The position numbers and the translations under genes are program-made. The notes below the pieces were generated by a model. That model was not told the origin of the DNA. It did no database searches and saw only the letters and a program-made list of their open reading frames with translations. DNA of 64,000 nucleotides from Octopus sinensis (Eukaryota): positions 61,566,001-61,630,000 of the forward strand of contig NC_043006.1 in NCBI RefSeq assembly GCF_006345805.1, given 5' to 3'. This document shows positions 13,135 to 25,618 of this stretch, one piece after another. Position 1 is the stretch's first letter, and each line of letters begins with the position of its first letter.

Positions 13135-16100
13135 ACTTCCAATCTAAAATATAATATTTTAAAATATAAAAATAATAATTTTAAAATAATTAAAGTATGA
13201 ACGAAAAAATATAAATATATAATCCATATATAACCTATATATAATCCATATATAATCAATATATAAACAATATATAAACTAAAATAAACCTATCAACAAT
13301 TAATATAAAATATAAAATATAAAATATAAAATATAAAACAAAACAAAAATAATAATAATATAATAATAAACTATATATACACCCATACACATATACCTAA
13401 TTATATATAACCATATCTAACTACATACACTAAATCACACCCCTATATATATACCCTATACATACACATAAAAACGTCTAGGCAACTATAAATAAATAAA
13501 ATAGCTAAATACTTCAACACAATACTTATTCATACTCCACACACACACACATACAACCCACATTCACGCTCTAGAAAACGGACATCACTTAAAATTATGA
13601 ACGGAGAAATGGAATAAATGAAATTAAAAATTATATTCACTTGGTAAAACGAACACTACTTAAAAATTATGAATGAAACAATGCAATAAAACAACAGACA
13701 TCGCAAATAGACACAAATTACTACGAATTCCTCAACAAACCTACCATGATAAACCAAAACTCATAAAAACATATAATGATAAAATCTCCCTTTACTAAAC
13801 TCTATAACATACCTATATAGCAATCCCCCTAACCTAAACATTCACACACAAATACACACACGTAAACCACACACCCACGACATATACAAATACTCACACC
13901 ACTTACACATACCTATACATACATATAAACCTCAACATATACTCCAAAAACCCACTCAACCCCACACAGACAAATAAACACAAAATTATGAATGGATTCT
14001 TTTATAAAACTACCATGATAAGCTAAAACTCACAAAACATAAATGATAAAACCTCCCTTTACTAAACACTATAACATAATTATATAGCAATCCCTTTAAC
14101 CTATACATTCACACACAAACACACACGTAACCACACACCCATAACAAATACAAACACCCATCCCACTCACACACACCCACAAGTACATATAAGCCTCAAC
14201 ATATACACCAAACAAAATTACTTTACCAAGGAACTTAACATATGTATAAAAAGTATAACCGCTCTGGAAACGAACATCTTTTAAAATAATGAATGGAGAA
14301 ATGGAATAAATGGAATTAAAATAATATTCACGTGGCAAAACGAACACCACTCAAAAATTATGAATGAAACAATGTAATAAAACAACCAACATCGAAAATA
14401 GACAAATTACCACGAATTCCCTAAAAAAAACCATGATAAACCAAAACTCTTAAAAACATATAACGATAAAATCTCCCTTTTCTAAACTCTATAACAAACC
14501 TATATAGCAATCCCCCTAACCTAAACATTCACACACAAAAAACACACACGTAAACCACAGAACCACGACTTATACACATACCTATACTAACTTATAAACC
14601 TCAATATACACCAAAAACCCACTCCCTCCCCACACAGACAAATTAACACATACATCCCGAAACCTAAATAACAAACCCATATACACATTCACACACAAAC
14701 ACACACACACGCAAAACACACATACACAACAGATACATATACTCCCTCACATATACGCATATACATACTCATTAAACTCGATATATACAACAATATTTAC
14801 ACACCCACACTCATACAGATAAATAAATTATACAACTAAAACTCACACACATCTCATATACATAAACACTCCAATAAAAAACAACATTAAATACATCGTA
14901 ATTAACCAGAATATCAAAAATAACAATATTACATAAGGAGAAATAAATACATACTTACAAGTCAGTTTCAAATTATGAAGTGAAATTAAATTCTTAGCCG
15001 TTAAAAAAACCAAACCAAAATTACGTTACCATAGAATATAACTTATGTAAAAAAGAATACGCGCCATGGAAAGTAAACGTCATTTAAAATTATGAATGGA
15101 GAAATAGAATAAATGGAACTAAAAACTATATCCACGTGGCAAACCAACACTACTTAAAAAAAAAATTTATTATGAATGGATTCTTTAATAAAACTACCAT
15201 AATAAATTATTATATACAATTATGAGCTTTAGCTCATCTTAGCAGCTCTAACAAACAACTTGCAGTAACCAATCTATTCTCGATGCCTGCCTTACTACTA
15301 CACTATTCCATTCCCAATTCCAAGCAACGCTAGCCCACCACCCGGTTACAATTCCCAACTTCACCCATTCATTCACAATTTCCACGACGTTCAACTCCAC
15401 AGCGCTACATATAAGCCTCAACATATACACCGGAGATTCGCTTTCAAACCGTACGGATGGGTGAGAGTATACATTGAGTGTAGTGATGGGGCTCCCATTA
15501 CTATACACATTTGTACCTGTGTGGTAGTCTCTATGTGTATATTCACGCACGGGTATAAATGCAGGGGGTACACGCGCACGGCATGTACGTATACCCCCTC
15601 ACATGTACATATGCATGCTAGTTGGGCTCGATATGTGCAACAATGTAATCGCGCCCGCATACATGCATATGGGCGAGTTGCACAATCAAAATACGCACAC
15701 GTGTGTGTGTGCGTTCCCTGGTTGTGCAATTCACCCATCTGGGTGTGAGTGGGTTTAAGCGTATTGCTGTGGATGCCGAGCTTAATACGTATGTATATGA
15801 GTGTGTATTGGGGGGTTGTACGTATTTATTGTGTGCATGTGCTTCACGCACGTGCGTCCATGTATGGATGAATATATTGGGATTGCTATGTGGGTGTAAA
15901 TTGGGTATAGAGGGGGGAGTTTTGTCATTGTAGGGTGTAGGTTTCATTTGTGATGGTGGTTTGTTGGTGATTTTTAATATGTTCTGTATATTTGGGTTAG
16001 TTATGTATTATTCTATTGTGTATAATTGTATACATATGATTGGTGTGAGTGGGATTACGCCCATTTTTGGGGATGTATGTTTTATTTGTCCGTATAGGGC

Positions 16101-16621
16101 GGGAGTGGCCGTTTGGTGTATATGTTGAGGCTCACATGCAATTCCAGGTACGCGCGAATGAAGTGGGCACTTATATTTGTTATGGGTGTGTATACTTTAT
16201 TATAACAGACAATACCCAAATAAAAACTGTCAATTCAACATACCAAATAAAAAACAAAAAACAAAGGATCGTAAACATTCACACATACATACAAAACTCA
16301 ATAAAAACACCACTAAATAACACCCATCAACATATAAATATATCCTCCAAAATACATATAACAAATGCATAATAAAAATACATAATAAAATAATAAAAAT
16401 TAAAAAATATATAAATAAAGAAAATAAAAAATCTAATATAATTATTAAAGTTTTAACATACCATAAACTGTTATATTAATATACATTAAAAATGAACTAA
16501 TTAAAACAAAGAAATATCAATAAAGACTAACTATAATTAAATCCTAGACTACATAACCAAAAAATATATTATCTAAACTAATTTAAACTAAACTAAGTAA
16601 CCTAATAAGGAACTATTATTG

Positions 16622-19096
16622 CTATTTATCATGAAACTTATTATATAGGTAAAGTAACTTATGTCTGCATTTTATTTTGCGCTCTTCACCAGTATTAAGT
16701 AAATTATCATACTTATAAAATAAAATTTCTTTAAACTCATTAGAGCATAAATAACAACAATTAGCTCCTATAGTATATAAGATTTAGTTTTACAAATTAT
16801 TTCCCAAATTAAACTATAATTAATATTTAGTGATTTAAGACTCCAAATGTACTTACTAAGTCCGGTTGAGTTGATTAAGTTTTTATTTTTAAAAGAATTC
16901 ATATGTTGTGCGATTCTTAGTTTTATTTTTGAGGAAGTAGAACCTATATAAACCGCTTTGGGGTAATTATTATTCTTAAAGTTATTATCATGTAATGTAA
17001 CTATACATTTATACACTACATCGTTAATATCACAATTATTATTTAATATACAATTAGATTTATCTCTACATGTACAATAATATAAGTCTTATCATTATTA
17101 ATATTATTATCAATAATTTCTTTTTATAAAAATTATTCAGTTTATATTTATTAATGAAGAAATAATGTTACCAACATTATTAGTGGTAGAATAACCAACT
17201 CCAAAATTATTAAAAGAGAATGTTTCTATATTTACGATTATCTCTAATAAATAGTTAATAATATCGTTTTTTACTTGATCTCCATAAGGAACTATTAACC
17301 ATATTTTATTCTTATAACTTATTATTATTATCATTATTATAAATATATTTATAATTCTTTATTTTATTAAAATTATTATCAAAATTATATCTATGTACAG
17401 CATTTAAGGAATTATTAATATTATTAATTTTATCAATATAATTATTATAATAATTATTAATTTATTTTTATTTTTATTATTCTTATTTATATTATTATTA
17501 TTATTATATTTATTATTATTATTATTATTCTTATTTATATTTTTATCATTTTTATTATTTTTTATAATATCTATTATTTTTACCACTAAACCTAACAAAA
17601 TTATAATTATTATTAGAAGTATCTCGAAAATTAACAATTAAATCTTTATCACTAATATTATAAAATTTAATATTCCTATTATAACCTGCCCCTCTAAGGG
17701 CCTCATTATAATAATTAGCATGTTTATTAAAATCTCTATATCATAAGAGAGTAATGAAATACGTTTACTTATATTATTAATCAACGATTTTTTAATAGAA
17801 AATGGGTGATTACTATTAACATTTATATATCTAAGGTTCTCATTAAGTTTATGATATGGTTGTGTTTTACCTGTAATAAGATTAAAATTAACATCTAAAT
17901 AATTAACATTATAATTCTCCTTATATATAGTAATACTTAAACCATATCTTTTAAAGAAACTATATAGTTTTTTCTTATATACTTCTAGATTCCTATTAGT
18001 ACAATTCTTTGTAACTAGTAGAAGATCGTCTCTATATAAACCACCCTCTATCTTAAGATTTTCTAATTGGAGTTCAGATAAAGAAAAATACCTACTAAAT
18101 CAGTAGCCTGTGCAGAATCTGGTGCTCCCATAGGTATATCAAAACATCTCTAGTATCATTCCTAGCCCATAATTTATTTTTATATTTAATTAGCGATTTC
18201 CTAGCCATTTTAATTACATTAACTTCTTCCCGTGACATACCCACTTTATTCATTGCGAAAATAAGCGCTTTATTAAACACAATTTCATTAATAGAAGAAT
18301 AATAATTATCTATATCTATTTGAATAAATTTATAACGATTTTTATCTTTAATATTATTACCATTTCAATGTATTATTATTACTAAACCATAATTTTAAAA
18401 TAATTAAGTTTATTTAACTTATCAATATATTTATCTAAAATAAATTTACTTAATTTACCTAGGTCCGATTTACATGGGCAATTAATCTAACTTTAGGGTC
18501 TGAATAAAAATTATCTTTATGGTCTTTAAGAGTAATTCTGGGGTGCAAAGGTACATAAGGTTCAGTTTTTATTCCAACTCATATTTTAACATTACTACTT
18601 TAGAGGCCTTATTAATATTATAAAGAATATCATCTGGAACAATTTTATATTTTTTATTATTTCTTTTCCTAATAGTTTATCATATAATTTAACATCTAAT
18701 TTATATAGGTTCCTTGTTTTATCAGATTGTACTATAATACCATCCATATTTCATATCTTTAATTTTAATTGCTAAATTCCTTAAATATTCATTATTTCTA
18801 TTTGGGTATTTATGGAATTCAATATTTTTTACCACCTTCCATATACTCTTCAGTAATTGTAATTTTATTAAATGGAGGTTCCTTTCTAGATTTAAATTTA
18901 GAGGTAAATTATCATTCCTACTATCAATATCATTAAATAAATAAAAATTATGGTAAAAAGCTTTCCATTTAATTCTAGAAATAAAATCTTTAATATTATT
19001 AACAAGTTTCAAGATAAATTCCTTTCTAGAAGGAATAGGAATATCTTTCAAAGATGAATCCCAAAACAGCGGTTCTATCTTACCTGTAAAATCCAT
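16622..19096 (-). pseudogene. Penelope-like RT + GIY-YIG endonuclease ORF, broken by small frameshifts
   Basis: Motifs read across frames: SLKDIPIPS..RIKWKAF; SDKTRNLYK; ITLKDHKDNF...KSDLGKLSKFILD; IDIDNYYSSI; FDIPMGAPDSAQATDLVG; GGLYRDD; CTCRDKSNCILNNNC; VVYKC...YIGSTS.KIKLRIAQH...STGLSKYIW; CYLCSNE...LLN..E..KCRH; stop TAG at 16622-16624. Confidence 0.88.
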
Positions 19097-19325
19097 AATT
19101 TACGAAAATGAGGTATTACACTCAATATACAAAATTATCAATATTATATAAATAATAAATATTAGGGAATAAATCCAAATTTACAGGAAAAATCAGATTT
19201 AGGATTAAATCCAATTTTATAGTAAAATATTATAAAATATTATTAAAGACAAAACCACTATTTTGCAAAACAAACAAGGAAAGACTTAATCAATACATAA
19301 TTTTAATAAATAGTCAAAAAAACCG

Positions 19326-19368
19326 CCACTACAATTGTTTCTTGTCTTGATCGACAATCTTCAGGTGG
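19326..19368 (-). ncRNA. Type I hammerhead ribozyme in 5' pLTR
   Basis: Identical to 13092-13134; lies ~230 nt upstream of the ORF start. Confidence 0.85.
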
Positions 19369-20122
19369 ACTTCCAATCTAAAAATCAATATTTTAAAATA
19401 TAAATATAATAATTTTAAAATAATTAAAGTATGAACGAAAAATATAAATATATAATCCATATATAACCTATATATAATCCATATATAATCAATATAAACA
19501 ATATATAAACTAAAATAACCTATCAACAATTAAATATAAAATATAAAATATAAAATATAAAATATAAAACAAAACAAAAATAATAATAATATAATAATAA
19601 ACTATATATACACCCATACACATATACCTATTTATATATAACCATATCTAACTACATACACTAAATCACACCCCTATATATATGACCCTATACATACACA
19701 TAAAAACGTCTAGGCAACTATAAATAATAAAATAGCTAAATACTTCAACACAATACTTATTCATACTCCCACACACACACACATACAACCCCATTCACGC
19801 TCTAGAAAACGGACATCACTAAAATTATGAACGGAGAAATGGAATAAATGGAATTAAAATTATATTCACTTGGTAAAACGAACACTACTTAAAAATTATG
19901 AATGAAACAATGCAATAAAACACAGACATCGCAAATAGACACAAATTACTACGAATTGACTATTTATTAAAATTTTATGTATTGATTAAGTCTTTCCTTG
20001 TTTGTTTTGCAAAATAGTGGTTTTGTCTCTAATAATATTTTATAATATTTTACTATAAAATTGGATTTAATCCTAAATCTGATTTTTTCCCTGTAAATTT
20101 GGATTTATTCCCTAATATTTAT

Positions 20123-20167
<45 letters not shown>

Positions 20168-20262
20168 TATACATATATATGTGTATATATGTATATGTAC
20201 ATGTATATATATGTGTGAGTGTTTATGTGTACACGTATATGTATATATATATACAAACACAC

Positions 20263-20304
<42 letters not shown>

Positions 20305-20769
20305 ATGCATAGGTATATATATAAATGGGTTGATATAAGGTGAGTGTATAATCTTCATATGTATATGTATGTGTGCATTAAGCGTATTATTTCTTAAATG
20401 AAACCATTCAATATACTTTCTACTTATAAGCATTTTCCAGGATGGTTTCAGAGATACTTATTAAGTAAACATCAGGCGAAATAGCTTTACATTATTTAAT
20501 GTTGTCTAGTTTCGTCCTTCGTTGTTGAAATGTTCGTTACCACTCCAGAATACTACATATCAGTGAAAGATATGTGCCAGTAGTACATTGCTTCAAACAT
20601 AATAAATTATTTCAATTCCAAATTAAAAATCGGAAAAGTTTTTCAACTTTTTCTTCTGATAATAATTATCCAGCATCTCCTCCTCCCCTCTTCCTCCTCT
20701 TCCTCCTCCGTCTCGTCATCATCATCATCACCATCGTCGTCGTCGTCGCTGTTATAATGATAATTATAC

Positions 20770-20818
<49 letters not shown>

Positions 20819-21097
20819 TATGACTATTATTATATCATGAAAACTCTCTAATTGTATCACGTCCACTTTCTTCATTGCACACAGCCTACGTATTTCCTAT
20901 TTCAGATCATCGTAGCTGTTCTCTTTTTCTTCTTTCTCTTCAATCCTATCATCACCAAAGCATGTCATGTCAATTATGAAGCATGTTTTCAATTTTCTGC
21001 TCACTACAACAATGTCAAGTTTCCGATGATTACTCTCATGATCCCGCTGAACCATTGCATCCCACAATATTTTGGAATCGTAAATCTCAGTAACTCC

Positions 21098-21181
<84 letters not shown>

Positions 21182-21199
21182 TAATTAGTTTGAATCCTA

Positions 21200-21760
21200 A
21201 TATTTGTTACAATGAGTCGCCGAGACACACCCGGCGTCCGAGAGCGAGTGAAGGATAAGAGATGTTACTCTCTGAATGAAAACTTGTGGAGGGGAAGTGG
21301 CAGTGGCTGTAGCAAAATGTCATCATGTAATACTACACAGGCATTTAAATTCATTGTGCTTTTCTAAGGATATTGGCTGTACTTGTTAGCACAATCTTTT
21401 GGCTTTCTCTGAGACATGGTTCTCCTGGTATCTTATGTAGTTCTAATGACATGCCTTTCTTATACATAGGGCACCCACAATAACAGAAACAGTTCTTGCT
21501 TTAAGTTGCCACATCTTTTGTATTTTGATTTCCAGGTCCTTATATTTACTGTATTTGTTATGTTCCTTTACAGATATATTTCTATCAGTAGGAACACTGA
21601 TTTCTTCTTTGATCATTGTGTCTGGTCGATTAGCATGGATCGTTATGTCGGTGTTGACTGGAAACTCCCAGAGTGTTGATTTTGTAGTGTGTACATATTT
21701 TCCAATGTAAATACCTTCCTACGCTATCGTGGCAATAAGTTTCTATATTCCAGAAACTTT
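21200..21760 (-). mobile_element. Degraded RLE LINE 3' end (endonuclease + 3' UTR) ending at (ATT)n
   Basis: Minus strand HDSVGRYLHWKIC, WEFPVNTDIT..NRPD, KYKDLEI, plus STANILRKA-type C-terminus. Confidence 0.7.
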
Positions 21761-22250
21761 TGATTTTGTGTCTAAAATCAACAACTTTTTTTAAGCAAAG
21801 AGTCCATGTCGAGAGCTTATTTTTGGTAACCATGGATGTTCCTTTCTTATATCCCAATACTGCTCACGATGTAGAAGTAGAATCATGCATAGATGCGTTC
21901 GAAAAGTGGTTAAACAAAAAATTTCCATCAAATTTATTCTGTAAATTATTGACATTTGTGTTACAAAGTAACACAATGAAATTTGGAGAAAGATTTTACC
22001 ACCAGATGAGAGTTGCACCACGGGTACCCCCCATGGATTTAATTTTGCTAATGCCTTCATGACGAAATTGGAGACAACTACTGAAGCCATTCAAATCCCT
22101 TCATGGTCATAATTTGGTTAAGGTTCATTGATGACGTCCTTTTCGTCTGAGGAGAATCACAGGATAGTTTAATTCACTTATTGTCTTTCTGTGACTGTTA
22201 TGCTAAAAGCTATGGATTTAAATCCAACATACAATTTACGTCTAGATTTT
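21760..22250 (+). mobile_element. Internal RT fragment of a second Penelope-like family
   Basis: LVTMDVPFLYPN...LQSNTMKFGERFYHQ...MDLNFANAFM...LRFIDDVLFV matches Penelope-like RT motifs (TMDV.SLY.NI, Y.Q..G..MG, RFIDD). Confidence 0.75.
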
Positions 22251-23750
22251 CAAAAGCTATTCTTTCTTAACTGCTTTTAGTTGTAAATAGTCTTCTAGAC
22301 TTTGACTTTCAGTCTGTACACAATCTTCCAACGTGGTCTCTCTTCAAGTACAGCTGGTTGATATCAGCTTTCGGGTGGTGTGTTTCATACATCGTCAACA
22401 ACCTAGATTTTCTGTCAAGTATCTTTACTTTGTTTCTGCCCCAGTCTATTTTTCCAACTCTATATCTGAGTTTATAGCTTCAATTAGTCTTTTTTATCCC
22501 AATTCAGCTTTGAGTGCAATAATTTTCTGACTCTCCTTGTGAATTCGCTACTAATAATTTGTTTCATTTCTTCCTTTTCATCCGATTTGCTTCCAGTTTT
22601 CCTAACTACTTATACCACTGTCTTTTCTCAACTGCTTTCATTCTTTGCCGATTTGGTTTTTCTATTCCTTGGCATTATTTCAAATCGTCCTCGTTTCATT
22701 TTCAATATAGCACGTATTACTTTCCCAAATTTCATACAAATGTCAATTGGGAAAATGAGGATAGTATGTACACGACTTAGAAGCTCTTTCTCATTTTTCG
22801 CATAAACCTTTATATCATCCATAGTATCACAGTGAGCAGTGACATGGCCAATACACATAGTAATGGAGATAATTTATCACCTTGGAATATTCCACGTCTG
22901 ATGTTTACTCTTCCGAGATTTAGTTTTCCTTCGATTAATTCAGTATTTCAGTAGGCATTTCCTCCATGTTCTTTGCTATTCCAAACATGCTGTTTGTTTT
23001 GCTTATCCTAGTGTGTGGTACCATGTCATAAGCTCTTTTGAAATCTAACCACGGTACATTCAGTCCCATCAATCAGCGTTTATAATACGTAATTATCATT
23101 TTATCAACTAATACGTGTTGCACTAGTTTGTTTCCTGAATCTTTTGTGTTCTTCCGGTAGTAGATTGCTACTTTTGAGATGGTTGTAAAACTCTTCTGGC
23201 AAGCGACCAGTCATAGGCTTCGTAGTTAGTCGTCAACAGATTATAGGTCGAAAATGTGATGCCAATTCCTTTTCAAGGAATCATTTAGGCATAGCGGTGT
23301 TCATCCATTTGTCATCCAGGTAGGGACGTGACCTTGCTGCTGGCAGTCAGCCAGTTGCGTAGCGATCCTTTCTTGCAACTGTGTAAAATTATTCTGCCAA
23401 TACCCTTGCACCTCATCCGGGCCTGGACCTTTCCAGCTTGCTATATTTTGAGACTTCTATCTCAATGTATGTAGATTAATTCTAACATTCTTTTATCTTG
23501 GTACAATTCCAAGCTGTCTTTCCAACTTGATGTCCCGCCAGCGTGTTCCATCAGCATGATCAAAATAGTTTATCTTCCTCCGATTCCGGAATCAGTTCCT
23601 GATGTTGACGATCCTCTATATCCTCAAATAGACGCCTTCTATTTGATTAGAGCTGTCTATTCTGTTCGAAGCCTTTGCATGTAGCATCACCTCTTTTCAG
23701 TTTGGCATTTAATGCTGTTAATTTTGTGTCATTTCTTCATGTACCGTTTA
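22250..23750 (-). mobile_element. Degraded RLE LINE reverse-transcriptase region
   Basis: WKGPGPDEVQGYW, WLDFKRAYDMVPH, MDDIKVYAKNEKEL...IDICMKFG, LDRKSR..HHPKADINQLYL on the minus strand. Confidence 0.8.
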
Positions 23751-23849
23751 ATGTTTTTATTATTATTATTATTAGTAGTAGTAGTAGCATTACTATAACC
23801 ATCATCATCATCATCATCATCATCATCATTATCATTATTAGAATAATCA

Positions 23850-24810
23850 TATATCTTGATTTTGCTTTAATTTATACAAGTTGTACCCAAGTCTCAACCA
23901 GGGACTTTAAGGGACAACAACATTTTGCAACTGAAGATGCTAACAAATGAGATAGCATACAATTAAAAACTGCTGTTTGTGTAAGGAAAACGACACACAG
24001 AGCGAGTATGGTTACATTTACATGGCAAGGAACCTACCTAGAATATGTAGCGTCACTATAAGTATGATCTTTTGTAATCCTATATTTTCAGGCTGTTTAA
24101 GATTTTGTTTACAAACTTGTTTGCTCCTCTTGATATCCTCTTGATTTTAAGAGATATGTTTTCGTCTACTGGATTTGAAATATCAGTCAGGAGACAGGTT
24201 TTTTCAGTATGATTTTCCTCACTAAGAACGGATCAATTTGCATGTATTCCCAATCAGTTTGTACACTGAAATTCCAAAGGACTATAAACTCGGCAGTTTG
24301 GATAGTTTGTAGTGGCTTCTGTTCCCATCAATTGCTTTTATGAGAGAGGTTATATTGTATGACATATTGACCAATGTATATACTGCGCTGACTTGACATG
24401 TTTTACAAGTGTTCTGTTGGGTCCACTTTGCTGCATCCAACGATTTTGCGGTCGATAATCTCTGTAATCTCTGGGTGCTCTAGTTATATACCGCATGATG
24501 GATGAGTTTCATATTTTCAGTTCATTACTTTCGTAATTCGTTCGAAGGGACTGGTCCTAAACAGCAATGTTATATCTATATCTCTCACTTTCTGCTTTCA
24601 GACAAGAACATGAGAGCTTCTGCTGAGTAAGGGCTTGATCTACATCAGGGTCCCTGACTCCATTAGGTTATTTGCCATGCAGTCGCCTTTGCTCCTATTT
24701 CTCAGTAGCATATTGGAGGATAGTTTGTTTAGCTATGGTGGTTTTTGTTTTGTCTTTTGGGGTCACATTTTCTTGGGATATTGGTGCATCTAGTTGCATT
24801 TCTCGAAAGT
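23850..24810 (-). mobile_element. Degraded RLE LINE 3' portion (family related to 33620-35026)
   Basis: 3' terminus TTTTGCTTT..T.TACAAGTTG..CCAAGTCTCA.CCAG.GAC shared with 33620-33690; SLWNFSVQTD motif at ~24255-24290; abuts (ATT/ATC)n. Confidence 0.6.
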
Positions 24811-25618
24811 ACAAGGTCTGATCAATAAGTATCCGAACTGTTGCCATAATAACAAAGCTAAAACATGCAAAATGAAGCTGCTGAGCAAATATTGACCATA
24901 AACTTTGTTGTGCACGGGTACTAAGTTTTATTGTTTTAGCTTACTTCTGTTGTTTACAGCAGTGCTTGGAAGGAAGGCGTGTAGCGTGTGATCGTCGCAG
25001 TGACCATCAACGAGAAAGCTGTCATAACGATACCTACTCAGGGGCCTACGTCAATTTGCAGAAAATGTATGGAAAGGAGTATATGAGCGGTACACATGTG
25101 TATGAGTGGTTTAGACGTATCCAAGACGGCCGAAAAACATCGATATTGATGAACGTTCTGTGAGACCCGCAATCAGCCGAACTAAGCAAAACATCACAGA
25201 TGTGCGTGAAACTGAGGGGAAATTGCCGAATTACCATCAGTGGGTTATCAGAGAATAACTTAGAGTTCCGTTCAGTGCATTACCACTGAAGAATTGAATA
25301 TGAGACGCGTGCCTGTCAAGTCTGTGCTAAAACAACTTTCAGCAGACCAAAATGATACTCAGGTTTCAGTTGCACAAAATCTCCTCGAGTATCATCAAGC
25401 TTTTGGCACAATTTCATGAAGGTTCTCTGGTCAGCTTTCTCTGTCATACGTTCCTTCCAAGCTCTGCTGTAAACAGCGGAAGTGAGCTAGCACCTTAAAG
25501 CTTAGTGCGCACGCGCAGCAGAGATCGTGGTCAATCTGAACCAAGCGGCTTTACTCTGCGTGCTGTAGCTTTGTTACTATGGCAACCGTCCGGATACTTA
25601 TTGATAAGAGCACTCTAT
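24810..25618 (+). mobile_element. Mariner-derived non-autonomous element with long (~170 bp) terminal inverted repeats
   Basis: TIRs ~24810-24977 and ~25450-25618 (ATCAATAAGTATCCG..GTTGCCATA / TATGGCAAC..CGGATACTTATTGAT); TA at ends; internal mariner HTH remnant LQKMYGKEYMSGTHVYEWFRRIQDGR...DERSVRP. Confidence 0.8.

Larger units (their letters stand above)
13000..20127 (-). mobile_element. Penelope-like retroelement (Naiad-type), near full length, with direct and inverted pseudo-LTRs, inserted in (TA)n
   Basis: Frameshifted RT+GIY-YIG ORF 19096->16622; near-identical direct repeats 13000-13729 and 19233-19957; inverted copy 19956-20127 of 19150-19317; hammerheads in both direct repeats; (TA)n on both flanks. 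Confidence 0.9.

Noticed and set aside
16622-19096. Selenoprotein-type Naiad (in-frame UGA at conserved Cys plus SECIS)
   Set aside because: The conserved Cys positions I could read (CTCR..C...C, CYLC, KCRH) use TGT/TGC; the TGA ending ORF 18722-19096 follows a frameshift; no SECIS recognised by eye.
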